64,000 nt of DNA from positions 416,001-480,000 of the forward strand of contig OZ271854.1 in NCBI GenBank assembly GCA_965601925.1, given 5' to 3'. Below the pieces are notes generated by a model, which saw nothing but the letters and a program-made list of their open reading frames with translations, was not told the DNA's origin and did not search any database. The position numbers were made by a program, and so were the translations under genes. The stretch is from Alkalispirochaeta sp. Its GTDB lineage: Bacteria; Spirochaetota; Spirochaetia; DSM-27196; Alkalispirochaetaceae. Below are positions 1 to 10,797 of the stretch, in pieces (the first letter of the stretch is position 1; the number at the start of each line of letters is the position of its first letter).

Positions 1-599
1 ATCGACATCGTCGCGATAGCCGGCATGGAGAGGGGAACGATGAGGCGCAGAAACGTGTAAAACTCACCGGCTCCGTCGATGATCGCCGCTTCGATGAGCG
101 AGTCCGGAATGCTCGATTCGATGTAGGCGCGTACGAAAAAGACCATCCCTGCGTTGGCCATGAGGGGCAATATCAGCGGCGGATAGGTATCGATAATCCC
201 GAGGCGTACGCACAAGTCATAAAACCCGATGAGCGCGAGCTGTTGGGGAATCATCATCGTCGCCAAAACGATCCAAAAAAGAAGCTCCCGACCGGGAAAG
301 CGAAACTTCGCAAACCCGTAGGCGGTCATCGCGCCGAAGAAGGCCGACAGTACGACGCTGGGTACGGTAATGATCGTACTGGCAAGAAAGCCGCGCCAAA
401 TGTTCACCCTATCCTGAATAATGCGATAGTTCTCGACGATGCGGTCCCCGGGAAGAAGCGCGATACCTTGTGAAATCTCGACATTACTGCGTGTGGCGTT
501 AATTACCATGATGTAGAACGGTACGACGCTGACCGCGGCGAGTACGACAAGAACGATGTACAAGACGCCCTTTTCGACGCGCCTCCGCTTCGCAATCAT
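1..599 (-). CDS. carbohydrate ABC transporter permease (MalG-like), runs off window start
   Basis: Read manually: [17 protein letters not shown]..., [22 protein letters not shown] (EAA motif); ATG overlaps the stop of the upstream permease. Confidence 0.9.
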   Translation of the reverse strand, partial: MIAKRRRVEKGVLYIVLVVLAAVSVVPFYIMVINATRSNVEISQGIALLPGDRIVENYRIIQDRVNIWRGFLASTIITVPSVVLSAFFGAMTAYGFAKFRFPGRELLFWIVLATMMIPQQLALIGFYDLCVRLGIIDTYPPLILPLMANAGMVFFVRAYIESSIPDSLIEAAIIDGAGEFYTFLRLIVPLSMPAIATMS

Positions 600-1522
600 C
601 GCACACTCCTTCGCGTCGAACTCCGTTCGTAACTGATCACCTTAAACGCGATTACCGAAAAGACGAGGATCATGATGAATAGGACGTAGGCGACCGCCGC
701 GGCGTAGCCGACGTTGAAAAAGGAGAACGCTTGGTTGTAGAGATAGAGCACCATAGTGGTGAGCGCGTTATCGGGAGCGCCGCGGCCGTTGGTTAACACG
801 CGAGGGATATCGAAAATCTGCAGCCCGCCTATGAGGGAGGTGACCGCGACGTAGAGCATGGTCGGCCGTAAGAGCGGGAGCGTGATGCGGCGAAAGACCT
901 GCCACGTTGAGGCGCCGTCGATGTGCGCCGCCTCGTATAGCTCCTCGCCGATCGCGCTGAGGCCGGCCATGACGATGATCGTGGTATAGCCGAACCATTG
1001 CCACCACTGAATGAAAGAGACCGTACCCTGGGCGATGAGGGGCTCTTGCAGCCAGTTGATCGGCTCCGCCAACACACCGAAGCGCAGTAACATCTGGTTG
1101 AGGGCGCCGAAACGCCAATCCAATAGTACCGCGAACAGTACGCCGATCGACGCGGCGGTTACCAGATTGGGTAAAAAATAGAGTGTGCGCAGCGTCTCCC
1201 GTCCCCCGATACTGCGGTCGCTCAATATCACGCCCAAAAAGAGCGCGATGGCGATTTGCGGCACAAAATTAACCAACCAGATGTACCAGGTATTGCCGAT
1301 CGCCTGATAGAAGAGCGCGGTCGAGAAGAGCCGCCGATAGTTGTCCAATCCGGCGAACTCGTTCTCGAACATAGTAACCGGCGTCTGGAAACTGAGGATA
1401 AGCGTATAGATCATCGGGTACAGTTGAAACGTGAGAAACGCGAGAAAATACGGCAGGACGAACAAGTACCCCTTGTTGTCCCGTCGATGAAAGAAACGCC
1501 GGATCGATGAATCGACTGCCAT
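596..1522 (-). CDS. carbohydrate ABC transporter permease (MalF/UgpA-like)
   Basis: [11 protein letters not shown] motif, several TM segments; start placed at the ATG after GGAGG. Confidence 0.92.
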   Translation of the reverse strand: MAVDSSIRRFFHRRDNKGYLFVLPYFLAFLTFQLYPMIYTLILSFQTPVTMFENEFAGLDNYRRLFSTALFYQAIGNTWYIWLVNFVPQIAIALFLGVILSDRSIGGRETLRTLYFLPNLVTAASIGVLFAVLLDWRFGALNQMLLRFGVLAEPINWLQEPLIAQGTVSFIQWWQWFGYTTIIVMAGLSAIGEELYEAAHIDGASTWQVFRRITLPLLRPTMLYVAVTSLIGGLQIFDIPRVLTNGRGAPDNALTTMVLYLYNQAFSFFNVGYAAAVAYVLFIMILVFSVIAFKVISYERSSTRRSVR

Positions 1523-1595
1523 GTACACCTCCGAGTACCGTTGGTCGAGCCGGCCGGAGAGGGCTTCCTCGCGACCGGCCGACAAACCGGACGAT

Positions 1596-2930
1596 TCAGC
1601 GCTCTACCACGACCCGCGTAATTCCCGGCACGATATCGCGCACCGCTACTTCGAAATCGGCGATCGCCTCCTCCAGCGTCTTTTGACCGTTGGCATACTG
1701 GTCCACCTGATCACCCCACGCGTTCTGAATCTGGAAGTCCCAAGGACCGACGAACGAGACGTCGACCTGCGTCACCTGATCGAAGAAATAGGCGTAGTGA
1801 TTCTGTCCGTCGAGGAACGGCTCGGAAAAATCGTCCTGAATCGCCCGAATCACCTCGACATTGGAAACGAAGTCGCCGGTATCCCGAGCCCAGTCGGCCT
1901 GGAACTCCGGATTGCTACCGACGAATCGCACCAGCTCCCACGCCAGCTCCTTGTTCTCGGAGAAGCGATTGATACCGATCCAAGTACCTCCCCAGCTATA
2001 CGGCGCCGGGGGATCGGCGAGGCCCCAGTCGCCGGAGAACTCGGCGTTTCCCGCGTCGGCCTCGGGCTCGGCGTTGGGCTTGAGCACGTAGTGGAGTCCC
2101 CACGTGGGCAGGATGTAGGCAAAGACGCTACCGTCGGCCATGGATGAGAACCACGGCGGCTGCCACGTTCTCGTCCCCGCCTCGATCCGGTTCTCCCGCA
2201 TCCGGCGCGCAATACGCATGTAGTCCACCAGACTCCGAGGTATCGTGAGCGTGTCGCCGTCGACGTAGGGATCGGTACGGCGGTTGGTGACGAACTCCAG
2301 CATATCCGAGTAGCCGGCCACGAGGAATCGCTCGCCGCCGTAGGTCTCCTGAATCATCTCGCCGAGCTCATAGAAACGGTCGATATCGCTGGTGTACTCG
2401 GAAACCGCTTCCGGATCGTCGGTCCCGAGCACCTCTCGAGCGATGCTACGACGATAAAAGAGTCCGCCCGGAGTAGCCTGCCACGATAGTGCGGTTATCT
2501 CCCCCGCGTCGTCGCGCGCCAAATCGACAACGTAGGGCACCAGATCGTCGACAAGCGCTTCGGCGTTGTACGGTGCGCCGGAAATCGGCTCCCAATATCC
2601 CGCGTCGATCAACTGTCGAAACCACGCTCGTTCGCCGGTAAAGACATCGGGAACCTCGGAGCGACCGCGAAGGGTATTGTTGATGCGGTTGAGATAGATC
2701 TCATCCTGATTGGGGAAGACGGTAAACTCGACCTCTACTCCGGGATACACCTCCTCGAAGTACTCGATCATATCCCCCAACTCATCGGTAAAAGACCAGA
2801 CGACGAGCGTACCGGACGGTTCACCGTCCACCGCCGCGCCACCGGCCTCTCCCTGCCCTCCGGCACCCACCGAATACACGAGTAGTAGTGCGCAGGCCCA
2901 CGTTAGGGCCGTTCTTCGTAAGGGACTCAT
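1596..2930 (-). CDS. sugar ABC transporter substrate-binding protein
   Basis: Signal peptide, [14 protein letters not shown] motifs typical of family 1 solute-binding proteins; upstream of two permeases. Confidence 0.9.
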   Translation of the reverse strand: MSPLRRTALTWACALLLVYSVGAGGQGEAGGAAVDGEPSGTLVVWSFTDELGDMIEYFEEVYPGVEVEFTVFPNQDEIYLNRINNTLRGRSEVPDVFTGERAWFRQLIDAGYWEPISGAPYNAEALVDDLVPYVVDLARDDAGEITALSWQATPGGLFYRRSIAREVLGTDDPEAVSEYTSDIDRFYELGEMIQETYGGERFLVAGYSDMLEFVTNRRTDPYVDGDTLTIPRSLVDYMRIARRMRENRIEAGTRTWQPPWFSSMADGSVFAYILPTWGLHYVLKPNAEPEADAGNAEFSGDWGLADPPAPYSWGGTWIGINRFSENKELAWELVRFVGSNPEFQADWARDTGDFVSNVEVIRAIQDDFSEPFLDGQNHYAYFFDQVTQVDVSFVGPWDFQIQNAWGDQVDQYANGQKTLEEAIADFEVAVRDIVPGITRVVVER

Positions 2931-3144
2931 GGGTTCCTCCTCGTATTATTGGTACTATATTTGTACTTCCAATCGACAATCAAAAGTACCTTTTAAGACA
3001 CATTATCACGCTGAAGGGGAGCGGTAAAGCGAAATGATCGAAATAGAGCACGATATTCGGCCTTTAGTTGCAAAGAAGCAGATACTTTTACCATACCTTT
3101 ATATAACGATTGCCCATCATTCGGTCTCTTGATATGGTAGGATC

Positions 3145-4278
3145 ATGGCGCGATTAGTGTCTTCGAGCGCGGAACACACCGGACTCAAGTACCTCTATGT
3201 TCGCGATCTGTTGGTACATCGCTTCAAAAAAGAACGATATCAGCCCGGGCAAAAGCTTCCGACGGAGCAGGAACTCTCGCGGAGCCTCAGCGTCAGCAGA
3301 ACCACGATCCGCCAGGCGCTCAAACTCCTGGAGGACGATGATATCATCGTACGGCGTCACGGAAGCGGTACCTTTTTTGCCGGCCACGCCGGTCCGACTC
3401 CCCGACCCGAGACGACGAACGGATTGATCGGAATGGTCAACTTTTTCTTCATGGACTACATCTACCCGGATATCCTCCGCGGTATCGAGCAGACGATCTT
3501 TTCGGAAGGGTATACGCTGGTGCTCGCCAACTCGCACCAGAACGAGCACCAAGAGCTCCTTTCGGTCGAGCGTTTAGTCGAACAAGGAGTAAAGGGACTC
3601 ATCCTGGAGCCGTCGCGCAATCTCCAGATACGAGACGATCATCCCATGGCGGGACTCTTGGACACTCTCGACATACCGGTGGTGACGACGCACTGGGGTA
3701 TCGAGCACCGGCGCGTATCGACGGTCTCGATCGACGACGAATGCGCCGGATATGAGGCGACGCGCCATCTCATAGAACGAGGCCACCGATCCATAGCAAT
3801 CGTATATAAGGAAGATGTGCAGGCCGGCTACGACCGTTACCGAGGCTACCGCCACGCGCTCGAGGAGGCGTCGCTCCCGCATTGCGAGGAGTGGGCCGCG
3901 GCGTATGACAGTCAACTGGAGTTAGACGACCCACGCCAGGGATACGCGTTGACGCAGCGGCTCCTCGATATCCCACAACGGCCCACGGCGATCTTCTACT
4001 TCAACGACTTCAACGCGATTCAGGGATACCGAGCGATCCAAGAGGCGGGGTTGAGAATACCCGAGGATATCTCGGTCATCGGGTTCGACAACTATCGCAG
4101 CGCAGAGCTCCTCTACCCGCCGCTGACCACATTCGAGCATCCCAAGTATCGCTTGGGCCGGTGGGCGGCGCGCATCCTTCTGGACGAGATCACCGAACCG
4201 CGCCCGCGCCTCCCCAAAAAGATGGTCTTTGAGCCGATATTGATAGAGCGCGAAAGCGTCGCGCCACCACCCGCGTAA
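3145..4278 (+). CDS. GntR-HTH/LacI-effector-domain transcriptional regulator (AraR-like)
   Basis: KLPTEQEL...VSRTTIRQAL...RRHGSGTF HTH; IPEDISVIGFDN, PPLTT effector domain. Confidence 0.92.
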   Translation: MARLVSSSAEHTGLKYLYVRDLLVHRFKKERYQPGQKLPTEQELSRSLSVSRTTIRQALKLLEDDDIIVRRHGSGTFFAGHAGPTPRPETTNGLIGMVNFFFMDYIYPDILRGIEQTIFSEGYTLVLANSHQNEHQELLSVERLVEQGVKGLILEPSRNLQIRDDHPMAGLLDTLDIPVVTTHWGIEHRRVSTVSIDDECAGYEATRHLIERGHRSIAIVYKEDVQAGYDRYRGYRHALEEASLPHCEEWAAAYDSQLELDDPRQGYALTQRLLDIPQRPTAIFYFNDFNAIQGYRAIQEAGLRIPEDISVIGFDNYRSAELLYPPLTTFEHPKYRLGRWAARILLDEITEPRPRLPKKMVFEPILIERESVAPPPA

Positions 4279-4313
4279 ATCGCGCGACCATGCGAGCTCC
4301 TTCGGAACGTGCG

Positions 4314-5369
4314 TTACACCCGGTCTCGCTGCCGTTCGAAATGCGCGTAGCTCCACGGCCATATCGCGCCGTAGTGTCCCTGGGGACTCCACGCCCCGCG
4401 CCGTACGATGACGCCGTACAGGTACTGTTGAACGATGCCGTGGTGGAGGGCCGCGGGGACCGTCCGCAGTAGCGCGTCCACCTCGCCGGTCAGCGTTTTG
4501 ATCGCCTCGCACTCCGCTAGGGAGTAGCGGGATGCGGCCGCAAGCAGACTCTTTCGAACTCGTTTACTCGTAACTCGCTGCCCGGTAAGGCGTGAAAGCT
4601 CGTCAAAGAGCGTCGCATCGCCGACGCCGGATGACCGCAACATGCACACCTGATAAAGACGATCCAACTGCCAGGATAACCCGATAACGAGCTGAATCGT
4701 CTCGCTCGTAGCCGAGAGCGCGGCCGCGATGTCCAACGCGTGATCCAGATCGCCCTCGACGACTGCGTCGTACAACGAGAAGACGCTCTCTTCTCGTCCG
4801 TGATAGATAAACCGGTCGACGTCGTCGACGGTCACGCGCTCCCCGACAAAGGCGATGAGGCGGTCGGCCTCGTGCCTCAGGTCCAACGTGTTATTCTGCA
4901 CCAGCTCGAGCATGAGCTCAACGGCGTCCGGTTCGATCCGCACTTTGTGTCGCCGGAAGTACCCCTGCAGCCACGACTGCTTCTGGTTGTCGAACATCTC
5001 CCAGAAGACGCGCTTGTTCCGACTCCCCGCCGCCTTTTCGAGGTCTCTGGAGACCGAGGACTCGGCACTCTCCAGAATCAATACCGAACCGGGAGTCGGC
5101 TCGGCTCCGTACTCCACCAAGGCTCGCACCTCGTCCTTACGCTTCAACTGCTCGACGGCGCGATAGAGGATATACGTCGCCGACCCGAAGAGTGAGCCGT
5201 TACGTAAGATGGCGACGACATCCTCGGGCGGTGTCTCGAACGCGTAAAACCGATGCTCTTCCAAACCGTCGCCGTGCTCTTTTTTGAGGGCCTCTCGGAT
5301 CTCGGTGATGGCGGCGAGTTTTTCACCCTCCTCGGGGCCGACAAAGAGAAGAACGGGGGCGATCGGCAT
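4314..5369 (-). CDS. holA: DNA polymerase III delta subunit
   Basis: N-terminal VLLFVGPEEG, SLFG, clamp-loader-like size and layout. Confidence 0.8.
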   Translation of the reverse strand: MPIAPVLLFVGPEEGEKLAAITEIREALKKEHGDGLEEHRFYAFETPPEDVVAILRNGSLFGSATYILYRAVEQLKRKDEVRALVEYGAEPTPGSVLILESAESSVSRDLEKAAGSRNKRVFWEMFDNQKQSWLQGYFRRHKVRIEPDAVELMLELVQNNTLDLRHEADRLIAFVGERVTVDDVDRFIYHGREESVFSLYDAVVEGDLDHALDIAAALSATSETIQLVIGLSWQLDRLYQVCMLRSSGVGDATLFDELSRLTGQRVTSKRVRKSLLAAASRYSLAECEAIKTLTGEVDALLRTVPAALHHGIVQQYLYGVIVRRGAWSPQGHYGAIWPWSYAHFERQRDRV

Positions 5370-5374
5370 CGATC

Positions 5375-5986
5375 CTACTCGTAATTTCGTACGATATGTG
5401 CAAGGCGACCCAAGATACGGGCGTCGCGCGTATAAATCGGCGGATAGACGGGATTCTCGGCTTTGAGCTGGATTCGATTACTCTCACGATAGAATCGCTT
5501 GAGCGTAACCGCCTCGTCGATCATCGCGACGACGATATCGCCGTTATCCGCAACGGGCTGCTGCGAAATAATCGCGATATCGCCGTCCATGATCCCGGCG
5601 TTAATCATGCTGTCGCCGTGAACGTGGAGAGCGAAATAGCGCTTGTTTCCCAACATCATCGCCGGAACCGAAACCGTACCGTCGTAGTTCTCCTCGGCGA
5701 GAAGCGGCTTACCGGCCGCAACCATTCCCAGAATGGGTACTTGGCGTACCGACGTCTCGTCGGTCTCCTCGGCCGGATCGTCGAGCACCTCTATCGCGCG
5801 CGAGCGGTTCGTATCGCACCGAATCGCGCCCTTGCGCTGCAACGCCTTCACGTGATCGTAGGCGCCTTTTACCGAAATCCCGAAGTGCTCGGAGATCTCC
5901 CGAATCGTCGGTGGGTACTTATTCTCCGCGACGAATCGCCGAATAAACTCGAGAACCTCTTGCTGTCGATTGGTAATCGGTCTCAT
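5375..5986 (-). CDS. lexA: LexA repressor
   Basis: YPPTIREI HTH, VAAG cleavage site, GDSM catalytic Ser, TLKR catalytic Lys. Confidence 0.96.
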   Translation of the reverse strand: MRPITNRQQEVLEFIRRFVAENKYPPTIREISEHFGISVKGAYDHVKALQRKGAIRCDTNRSRAIEVLDDPAEETDETSVRQVPILGMVAAGKPLLAEENYDGTVSVPAMMLGNKRYFALHVHGDSMINAGIMDGDIAIISQQPVADNGDIVVAMIDEAVTLKRFYRESNRIQLKAENPVYPPIYTRDARILGRLAHIVRNYE

Positions 5987-7320
5987 CGTTCCACCTCAAT
6001 CCCGAATTTCTTGATCTTTGCGTGCAAGTTACTGGGATAAATACCCAACTCCTGCGCCGTGCGCGAGATATTGAAGTCGTGCTCGCCAAGCTTCTCGACC
6101 AGAAACTGCCGCTCGAAACGATCGCGAGCCTCTGCAAGGCCAAGATGAAGAAAATCGCTCAGGGGCGACGTACGGACGGCGGTTGTTCGGCTACCTACGA
6201 AGCGTTCAACCTCGTCGCGCGTTATCTCGGTACTATCGGCCATTATGCTAACCCGTTCGGCGAAATTCTTCAACTCGCGAATGTTGCCGGGCCACCGATA
6301 TGTCGAAAGTGCGTCTAATGCGTCGTCGGAAAAGCGCAACTCGCCGTTGAATGCCGCCAACAGGAGCGGAATATCCTCGATACGCTCGCGCAACGCCGGC
6401 ATCCCGATCGGCACGACGTTGAGGCGAAAGAAGAGGTCCTCTCGAAAGCTCCCGCCGGCGATCGCCGAGGCGAGATCCTTGTTGGTCGCCGCAATGATTC
6501 GCACGTCCACCGTTACCGACTCCTCACTACCCAACCGTTCGAATCGCATCTCCTGCACGACGCGCAGAACCTTCGCTTGGGCGTTCAAGGACATGTCGGC
6601 AACTTCGTCCAAAAAGAGCGTCCCGCCGTGGGCAAGCTCGAACTTGCCCTTGCGCCCCGCCTCAGCGCTCGTGAAGGCACCCTTCACGTGGCCGAACAAC
6701 TCGCTCTCGATAAGCGTGTCGGGAATGGCGGCGCAGTTTACGGCGACGAACGGTCCGTCGGAACGCTCGCTCCGCTCGTGAATCTCCCGCGCCACCAGTT
6801 CTTTTCCGGTACCGTTCTCCCCGGTGATCAACACTCGAGCGTCGCTTGAGGCGGTGTGCTCGATGAGCTCTCGCACGTGCCGAATCGCGGCGCTCTGCCC
6901 GACGAGGCGATCGCGGGGTACCAACTTGCCGCGCAACGTCTCGTTCTCGCGCCGCAGATGTTCAATCTCCAAGGCGTTACGCGTTACCGTCGTGACGCGA
7001 TCGATACTCAGAGGCTTCTCCAGAAAGTCGAACGCGCCGCGCTTTACCGCCTTGACCGCCATATCGATGTTTCCATGGCCGCTGATCATTACGACCGGCA
7101 CGCGCGGGAAGCGTTCTTTCACCTCCTCGAGCACGTCCAGGCCGCCCTTGCCCGGCAACCACACGTCCAAGAGCACGCAATCGACGACTTCGCGTTCGAG
7201 CATTCCGATGCCGATCAGTCCGTCTTCGGCGGTGAGAACCTGATACCCTTCGTCGGAGAGAATATCGGAGAGGATCTCGCGAATCCCCGCCTCGTCGTCG
7301 ACGATCAGAACCGTCATCAT
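5983..7320 (-). CDS. sigma54-dependent response regulator (NtrX/NtrC family)
   Basis: REC domain, GENGTGKE Walker A, ESELFGH...GAFT, WPGNIREL, C-terminal HTH. Confidence 0.93.
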   Translation of the reverse strand: MMTVLIVDDEAGIREILSDILSDEGYQVLTAEDGLIGIGMLEREVVDCVLLDVWLPGKGGLDVLEEVKERFPRVPVVMISGHGNIDMAVKAVKRGAFDFLEKPLSIDRVTTVTRNALEIEHLRRENETLRGKLVPRDRLVGQSAAIRHVRELIEHTASSDARVLITGENGTGKELVAREIHERSERSDGPFVAVNCAAIPDTLIESELFGHVKGAFTSAEAGRKGKFELAHGGTLFLDEVADMSLNAQAKVLRVVQEMRFERLGSEESVTVDVRIIAATNKDLASAIAGGSFREDLFFRLNVVPIGMPALRERIEDIPLLLAAFNGELRFSDDALDALSTYRWPGNIRELKNFAERVSIMADSTEITRDEVERFVGSRTTAVRTSPLSDFLHLGLAEARDRFERQFLVEKLGEHDFNISRTAQELGIYPSNLHAKIKKFGIEVER

Positions 7321-9134
7321 ACCTCACCGCTCCCTTCGTGGAATTGCTCGACCGGAAGATCGAGCACAAAGGTCGTGCCGCTGCCCGGCGCGCTCTCGTA
7401 GGATATGCGTCCATCGTGGTCAAAGACAATACGCTCAACGATGGCGAGTCCGAGTCCGGTGCCGTGGGGCTTACTCGTGACGTACGGCTCGAAAATGTCG
7501 CCCTGCAGATCCTCGGGGATACCGGGCCCGTCGTCCTCCACGCGCACGCGGCAGATACGTGCACCGGCACGCTCCGCCTCTCTCGCCGATACTGCAATCC
7601 GTACCGCATCTGCGCTCGCCTCGACGGCGTTGGCGTACAGATTGACGAAGGCCTGACGCAACTGCCCTCTGTCGGCCTTCACCCGCATCTCGTCGGCGAC
7701 GCCGGTGAGGTCGAGCGTCACGCGCGGGTCCTCACGATACATCGCGGCGACCTCATACAAGAGCGCTCTCAGGTCTACATCCTCGAACCGCGGCTCCGGC
7801 CTGCGCGAGAACGACCGAAACTCGTTGAGAAGGGACGTCAGCTCTTCGACCTCGCGGACGATCATCGAAACGGTGCGGTCCAGCACTTCGCCGAAATCGG
7901 GCGAGCCCACTTCATAGCGCCGTTTCAGCCGTTCCGCCGCGAGACGAATCGGCGTCAGCGGATTTTTGACCTCGTGGGCGAGGCGTTGGGCGATCTCCTG
8001 CCACGCCTGCACCTTCTCAGCCTGAGCGATTCGTCGTCGCGTCCTGTCGAGTTCGGTCACCATACGATTGAACGAAATCACCAACAGGCCGAGGTCGTCT
8101 CCCGGCCTGGCGAGAATGCGTACCGAGTAGTCACCGTCGGCGACTCGTCTGGTCGCCTCCTCCAACGACTCGATCGGACGCATGATCCTATCGGAGAGGA
8201 AAAATCCGGCGAGAATCGCGAGCAGGAGGATGGGAGACGCGAAGACGCCGTAGAGAATCGCAACGATCAACACAAACGTAGAGCGCAACCCCTCCAAGCG
8301 CGAGAATATCTCCTGAGCCTGGGTGAGTCCTCGCGCCCGCGCTTCGAAGCCCGGCGGTAAACGCACCGTGAGGAGTGCGACCATCGTCTCAGCGCCCTCC
8401 CCTCCTGAACGGACGCCGACGACAAGTCGCAGTATTCCCTCTCCCGCTACCGACGCACGAGCGACCGGTCCGACATCGCCGAGCCGTACTCGGGCCGGCG
8501 GTGCGGCACTGCGAAATCGTCTATCGCCGCGAAACGCAACCTCCGATCCGTCCGCGTCGAACAGCTGAAACGTCGCCGCCAGCGGGACGCGTTGACGAAT
8601 CTCGGGCCAGATCTCGCCGCCCGACGCATCGACCGCGATTTCGCTCCACCGATCGGCGACGATACGCTGCATCGATCCGTCGAGACCGAACACGCGGAGA
8701 TCGTAAATCTGCCGATCGTAATAGTCGAAGATGAGGCTCAGTCCACCGCGAACGGCGTCGCCGGTACCTGAGTTGAACAGAAGCTGTAACGCGGAGGAAA
8801 GAAAACTCACGGAGACGACCCCCTGTGGGACCGCGGCGAAGATGACCACGGCGGCAAAGAAGGTCGTCAAGCGCGCCTTGAGAGAGCTGCCCGGTTTCCT
8901 GGCACTGCGGTCGCGCACCAGTCGCGCGACATTCAGTCCGACGACGGCCAATAACCCGGTTGGAAAGATTACGGCCAAAGCGCCGAACACCCAGACGAGG
9001 CTCCTGTCGATCTCGAGCGGATTGACCAAGAGACGGTTGGAGAGGAGCACGGTGAGCATCACCACAACGCCGTATAACGCGCCGAGGCTCGCGAGCGTCG
9101 TCATCGACGCGGTGGCGTTGCGTAGCGCTTTCAT
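7317..9134 (-). CDS. HAMP-domain sensor histidine kinase (NtrY-like)
   Basis: AWQEIAQRLAHEVKNPLTPI H-box, N/G1/F/G2 boxes, TM segments. Confidence 0.92.
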   Translation of the reverse strand: MKALRNATASMTTLASLGALYGVVVMLTVLLSNRLLVNPLEIDRSLVWVFGALAVIFPTGLLAVVGLNVARLVRDRSARKPGSSLKARLTTFFAAVVIFAAVPQGVVSVSFLSSALQLLFNSGTGDAVRGGLSLIFDYYDRQIYDLRVFGLDGSMQRIVADRWSEIAVDASGGEIWPEIRQRVPLAATFQLFDADGSEVAFRGDRRFRSAAPPARVRLGDVGPVARASVAGEGILRLVVGVRSGGEGAETMVALLTVRLPPGFEARARGLTQAQEIFSRLEGLRSTFVLIVAILYGVFASPILLLAILAGFFLSDRIMRPIESLEEATRRVADGDYSVRILARPGDDLGLLVISFNRMVTELDRTRRRIAQAEKVQAWQEIAQRLAHEVKNPLTPIRLAAERLKRRYEVGSPDFGEVLDRTVSMIVREVEELTSLLNEFRSFSRRPEPRFEDVDLRALLYEVAAMYREDPRVTLDLTGVADEMRVKADRGQLRQAFVNLYANAVEASADAVRIAVSAREAERAGARICRVRVEDDGPGIPEDLQGDIFEPYVTSKPHGTGLGLAIVERIVFDHDGRISYESAPGSGTTFVLDLPVEQFHEGSGEV

Positions 9135-9214
9135 CGAAATCTACCGCACCTCATCCGGCGGGTCGAAAGACGGACGCACGCGAAGGCGAACCGGTCCGTC
9201 GCGAAATCGAAACG

Positions 9215-9481
9215 TTACTCTTCCTCAAATCGATTTTCAAAGAGTTGCGCCAAACTCGCGACCGCCTCTTGCTCGTCCGTTCCGTCGGCCGCGATCGTGA
9301 TCGCCGAGTTGTACCCCGCACCGAGGGTAATAATTCCCATGATCGACTTTGCGTTAATCGTCTCGTGGTCTTTTTTGAACTCGATATGCGAGGCAAATTG
9401 GGACGCCGTCTGAACGATAAGTGCCGCCGGGCGCGCGTGAATACCGGCGCGATTGCGGACCACTACCTCCTTTTCAACCAT
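9215..9481 (-). CDS. ptsH: phosphocarrier protein HPr
   Basis: GIHARPA (His15) and NAKSIMGI (Ser46) motifs. Confidence 0.96.
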   Translation of the reverse strand: MVEKEVVVRNRAGIHARPAALIVQTASQFASHIEFKKDHETINAKSIMGIITLGAGYNSAITIAADGTDEQEAVASLAQLFENRFEEE

Positions 9482-9490
9482 GAACACTCC

Positions 9491-10474
9491 TCACGAAATC
9501 GCTTTTTTCTGCAGATACGCCTTGCGGGCGTTCTCGCTATCGAGCCACCGCATGACATTTCGATTGAACTCCCGCGCGCTATAGTATCCCATTTTCTTCA
9601 GCCGCTCGTTCATCGCGGCGGTCTCGATGATGATCGGAATATTACGGCCCGGTTTGACGGGGATCTCGAGGTACGGCGTCGCTACATCCAAAATCTCCCA
9701 CGTTCGCTCTTCGGCACCGATACGATCGTACGCCTTTCTGGAGTCCCACTCTTCGAGCTGGCATATCAACTGGATCTGCTTATTCTCGCGGATCGATCCG
9801 ACGCCGAACAGATGCGTAATGTTGATGATACCCAGACCGCGGATCTCCATGTGGTGGCCCAGTGCCGGGTTGGCACCCTGGCCGAGGAGAATGTTCCCCG
9901 CCACTCGACGAATCTCCACCGCGTCGTCGGCGACCAACCGATGGCCGCGCTCGATCAGCTCCAACGCCGCCTCACTCTTGCCGACTCCGCTATCTCCCAA
10001 AATGAGCACCCCGATACCGAACACCTCGACCAACGTGCCATGGATCGTCTCGCGCTCGGCAAAGACGTTGCCCAGAGCGCGAATCAGGCGCATGACGAAC
10101 TCGCTCGTAGCAAGGCTGGTTTGGAGGGTGGGACATTCCGCCTCATCGGCGATGCGCATGAAATCTGAAGTCGGCGAGAGGCCGTGGGTAAAGACGCACG
10201 CGGGAATATCGAGACGAAACAGCTCCTCAATGGTCTCTGTCGTCCCTTCCCGCGCCAGCTTCTCGACAAAGGCCGTCTCCCCGCGCCCGAAGATCTGGAT
10301 CCGCTTCACGCCGAAGTTATCGAAGAACCCGTTCAACGCGAGTCCCGGCCGATTGAGTTCGGTGGTGGAAATCACCCGCAATAATCCCTGACGACCGCCG
10401 ATGCAGGTCAAATCGAGGTCGTTGTGTTCCTTTAGATCGAGATCCAGAAGATCGAGAACGGTAAACTGGTCCAT
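9491..10474 (-). CDS. hprK: HPr kinase/phosphorylase
   Basis: NRPGLAL, GDSGVGKSE, LVADDAV, MEIRGLGII. Confidence 0.97.
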   Translation of the reverse strand: MDQFTVLDLLDLDLKEHNDLDLTCIGGRQGLLRVISTTELNRPGLALNGFFDNFGVKRIQIFGRGETAFVEKLAREGTTETIEELFRLDIPACVFTHGLSPTSDFMRIADEAECPTLQTSLATSEFVMRLIRALGNVFAERETIHGTLVEVFGIGVLILGDSGVGKSEAALELIERGHRLVADDAVEIRRVAGNILLGQGANPALGHHMEIRGLGIINITHLFGVGSIRENKQIQLICQLEEWDSRKAYDRIGAEERTWEILDVATPYLEIPVKPGRNIPIIIETAAMNERLKKMGYYSAREFNRNVMRWLDSENARKAYLQKKAIS

Positions 10475-10476
10475 AA

Positions 10477-10776
10477 TCAGGCTTTATGATCCTGCTTCTT
10501 TTCTACTTCTTTACGAACTTTTTGGTCGACCTTGTCGACCAGCTCATTGATTCCCTTGTTCAACTCATAGGAATCGGACTTGATAACCGCGTTGGTTCCC
10601 CACCGAAAGTGAATTTTTGCCTCCAACGCAAACATATGATCCTTCTCCTTGGTGAGGGTGAAGTCCAAATCGACGATCTTGTCGGCGGCGAAATCGATTC
10701 GTTGCATGCGCGTTTCCAATAGTTGCTTGGTCTGATCGTCGGCATCAAAATGAACCGCTTTGATCGTCATATTCAT
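10477..10776 (-). CDS. hpf: ribosome hibernation promoting factor (HPF/RaiA)
   Basis: 99 aa, directly downstream of rpoN, HPF-like pattern. Confidence 0.82.
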   Translation of the reverse strand: MNMTIKAVHFDADDQTKQLLETRMQRIDFAADKIVDLDFTLTKEKDHMFALEAKIHFRWGTNAVIKSDSYELNKGINELVDKVDQKVRKEVEKKQDHKA

Positions 10777-10797
10777 GGTACACCTCCATATCGTGGA

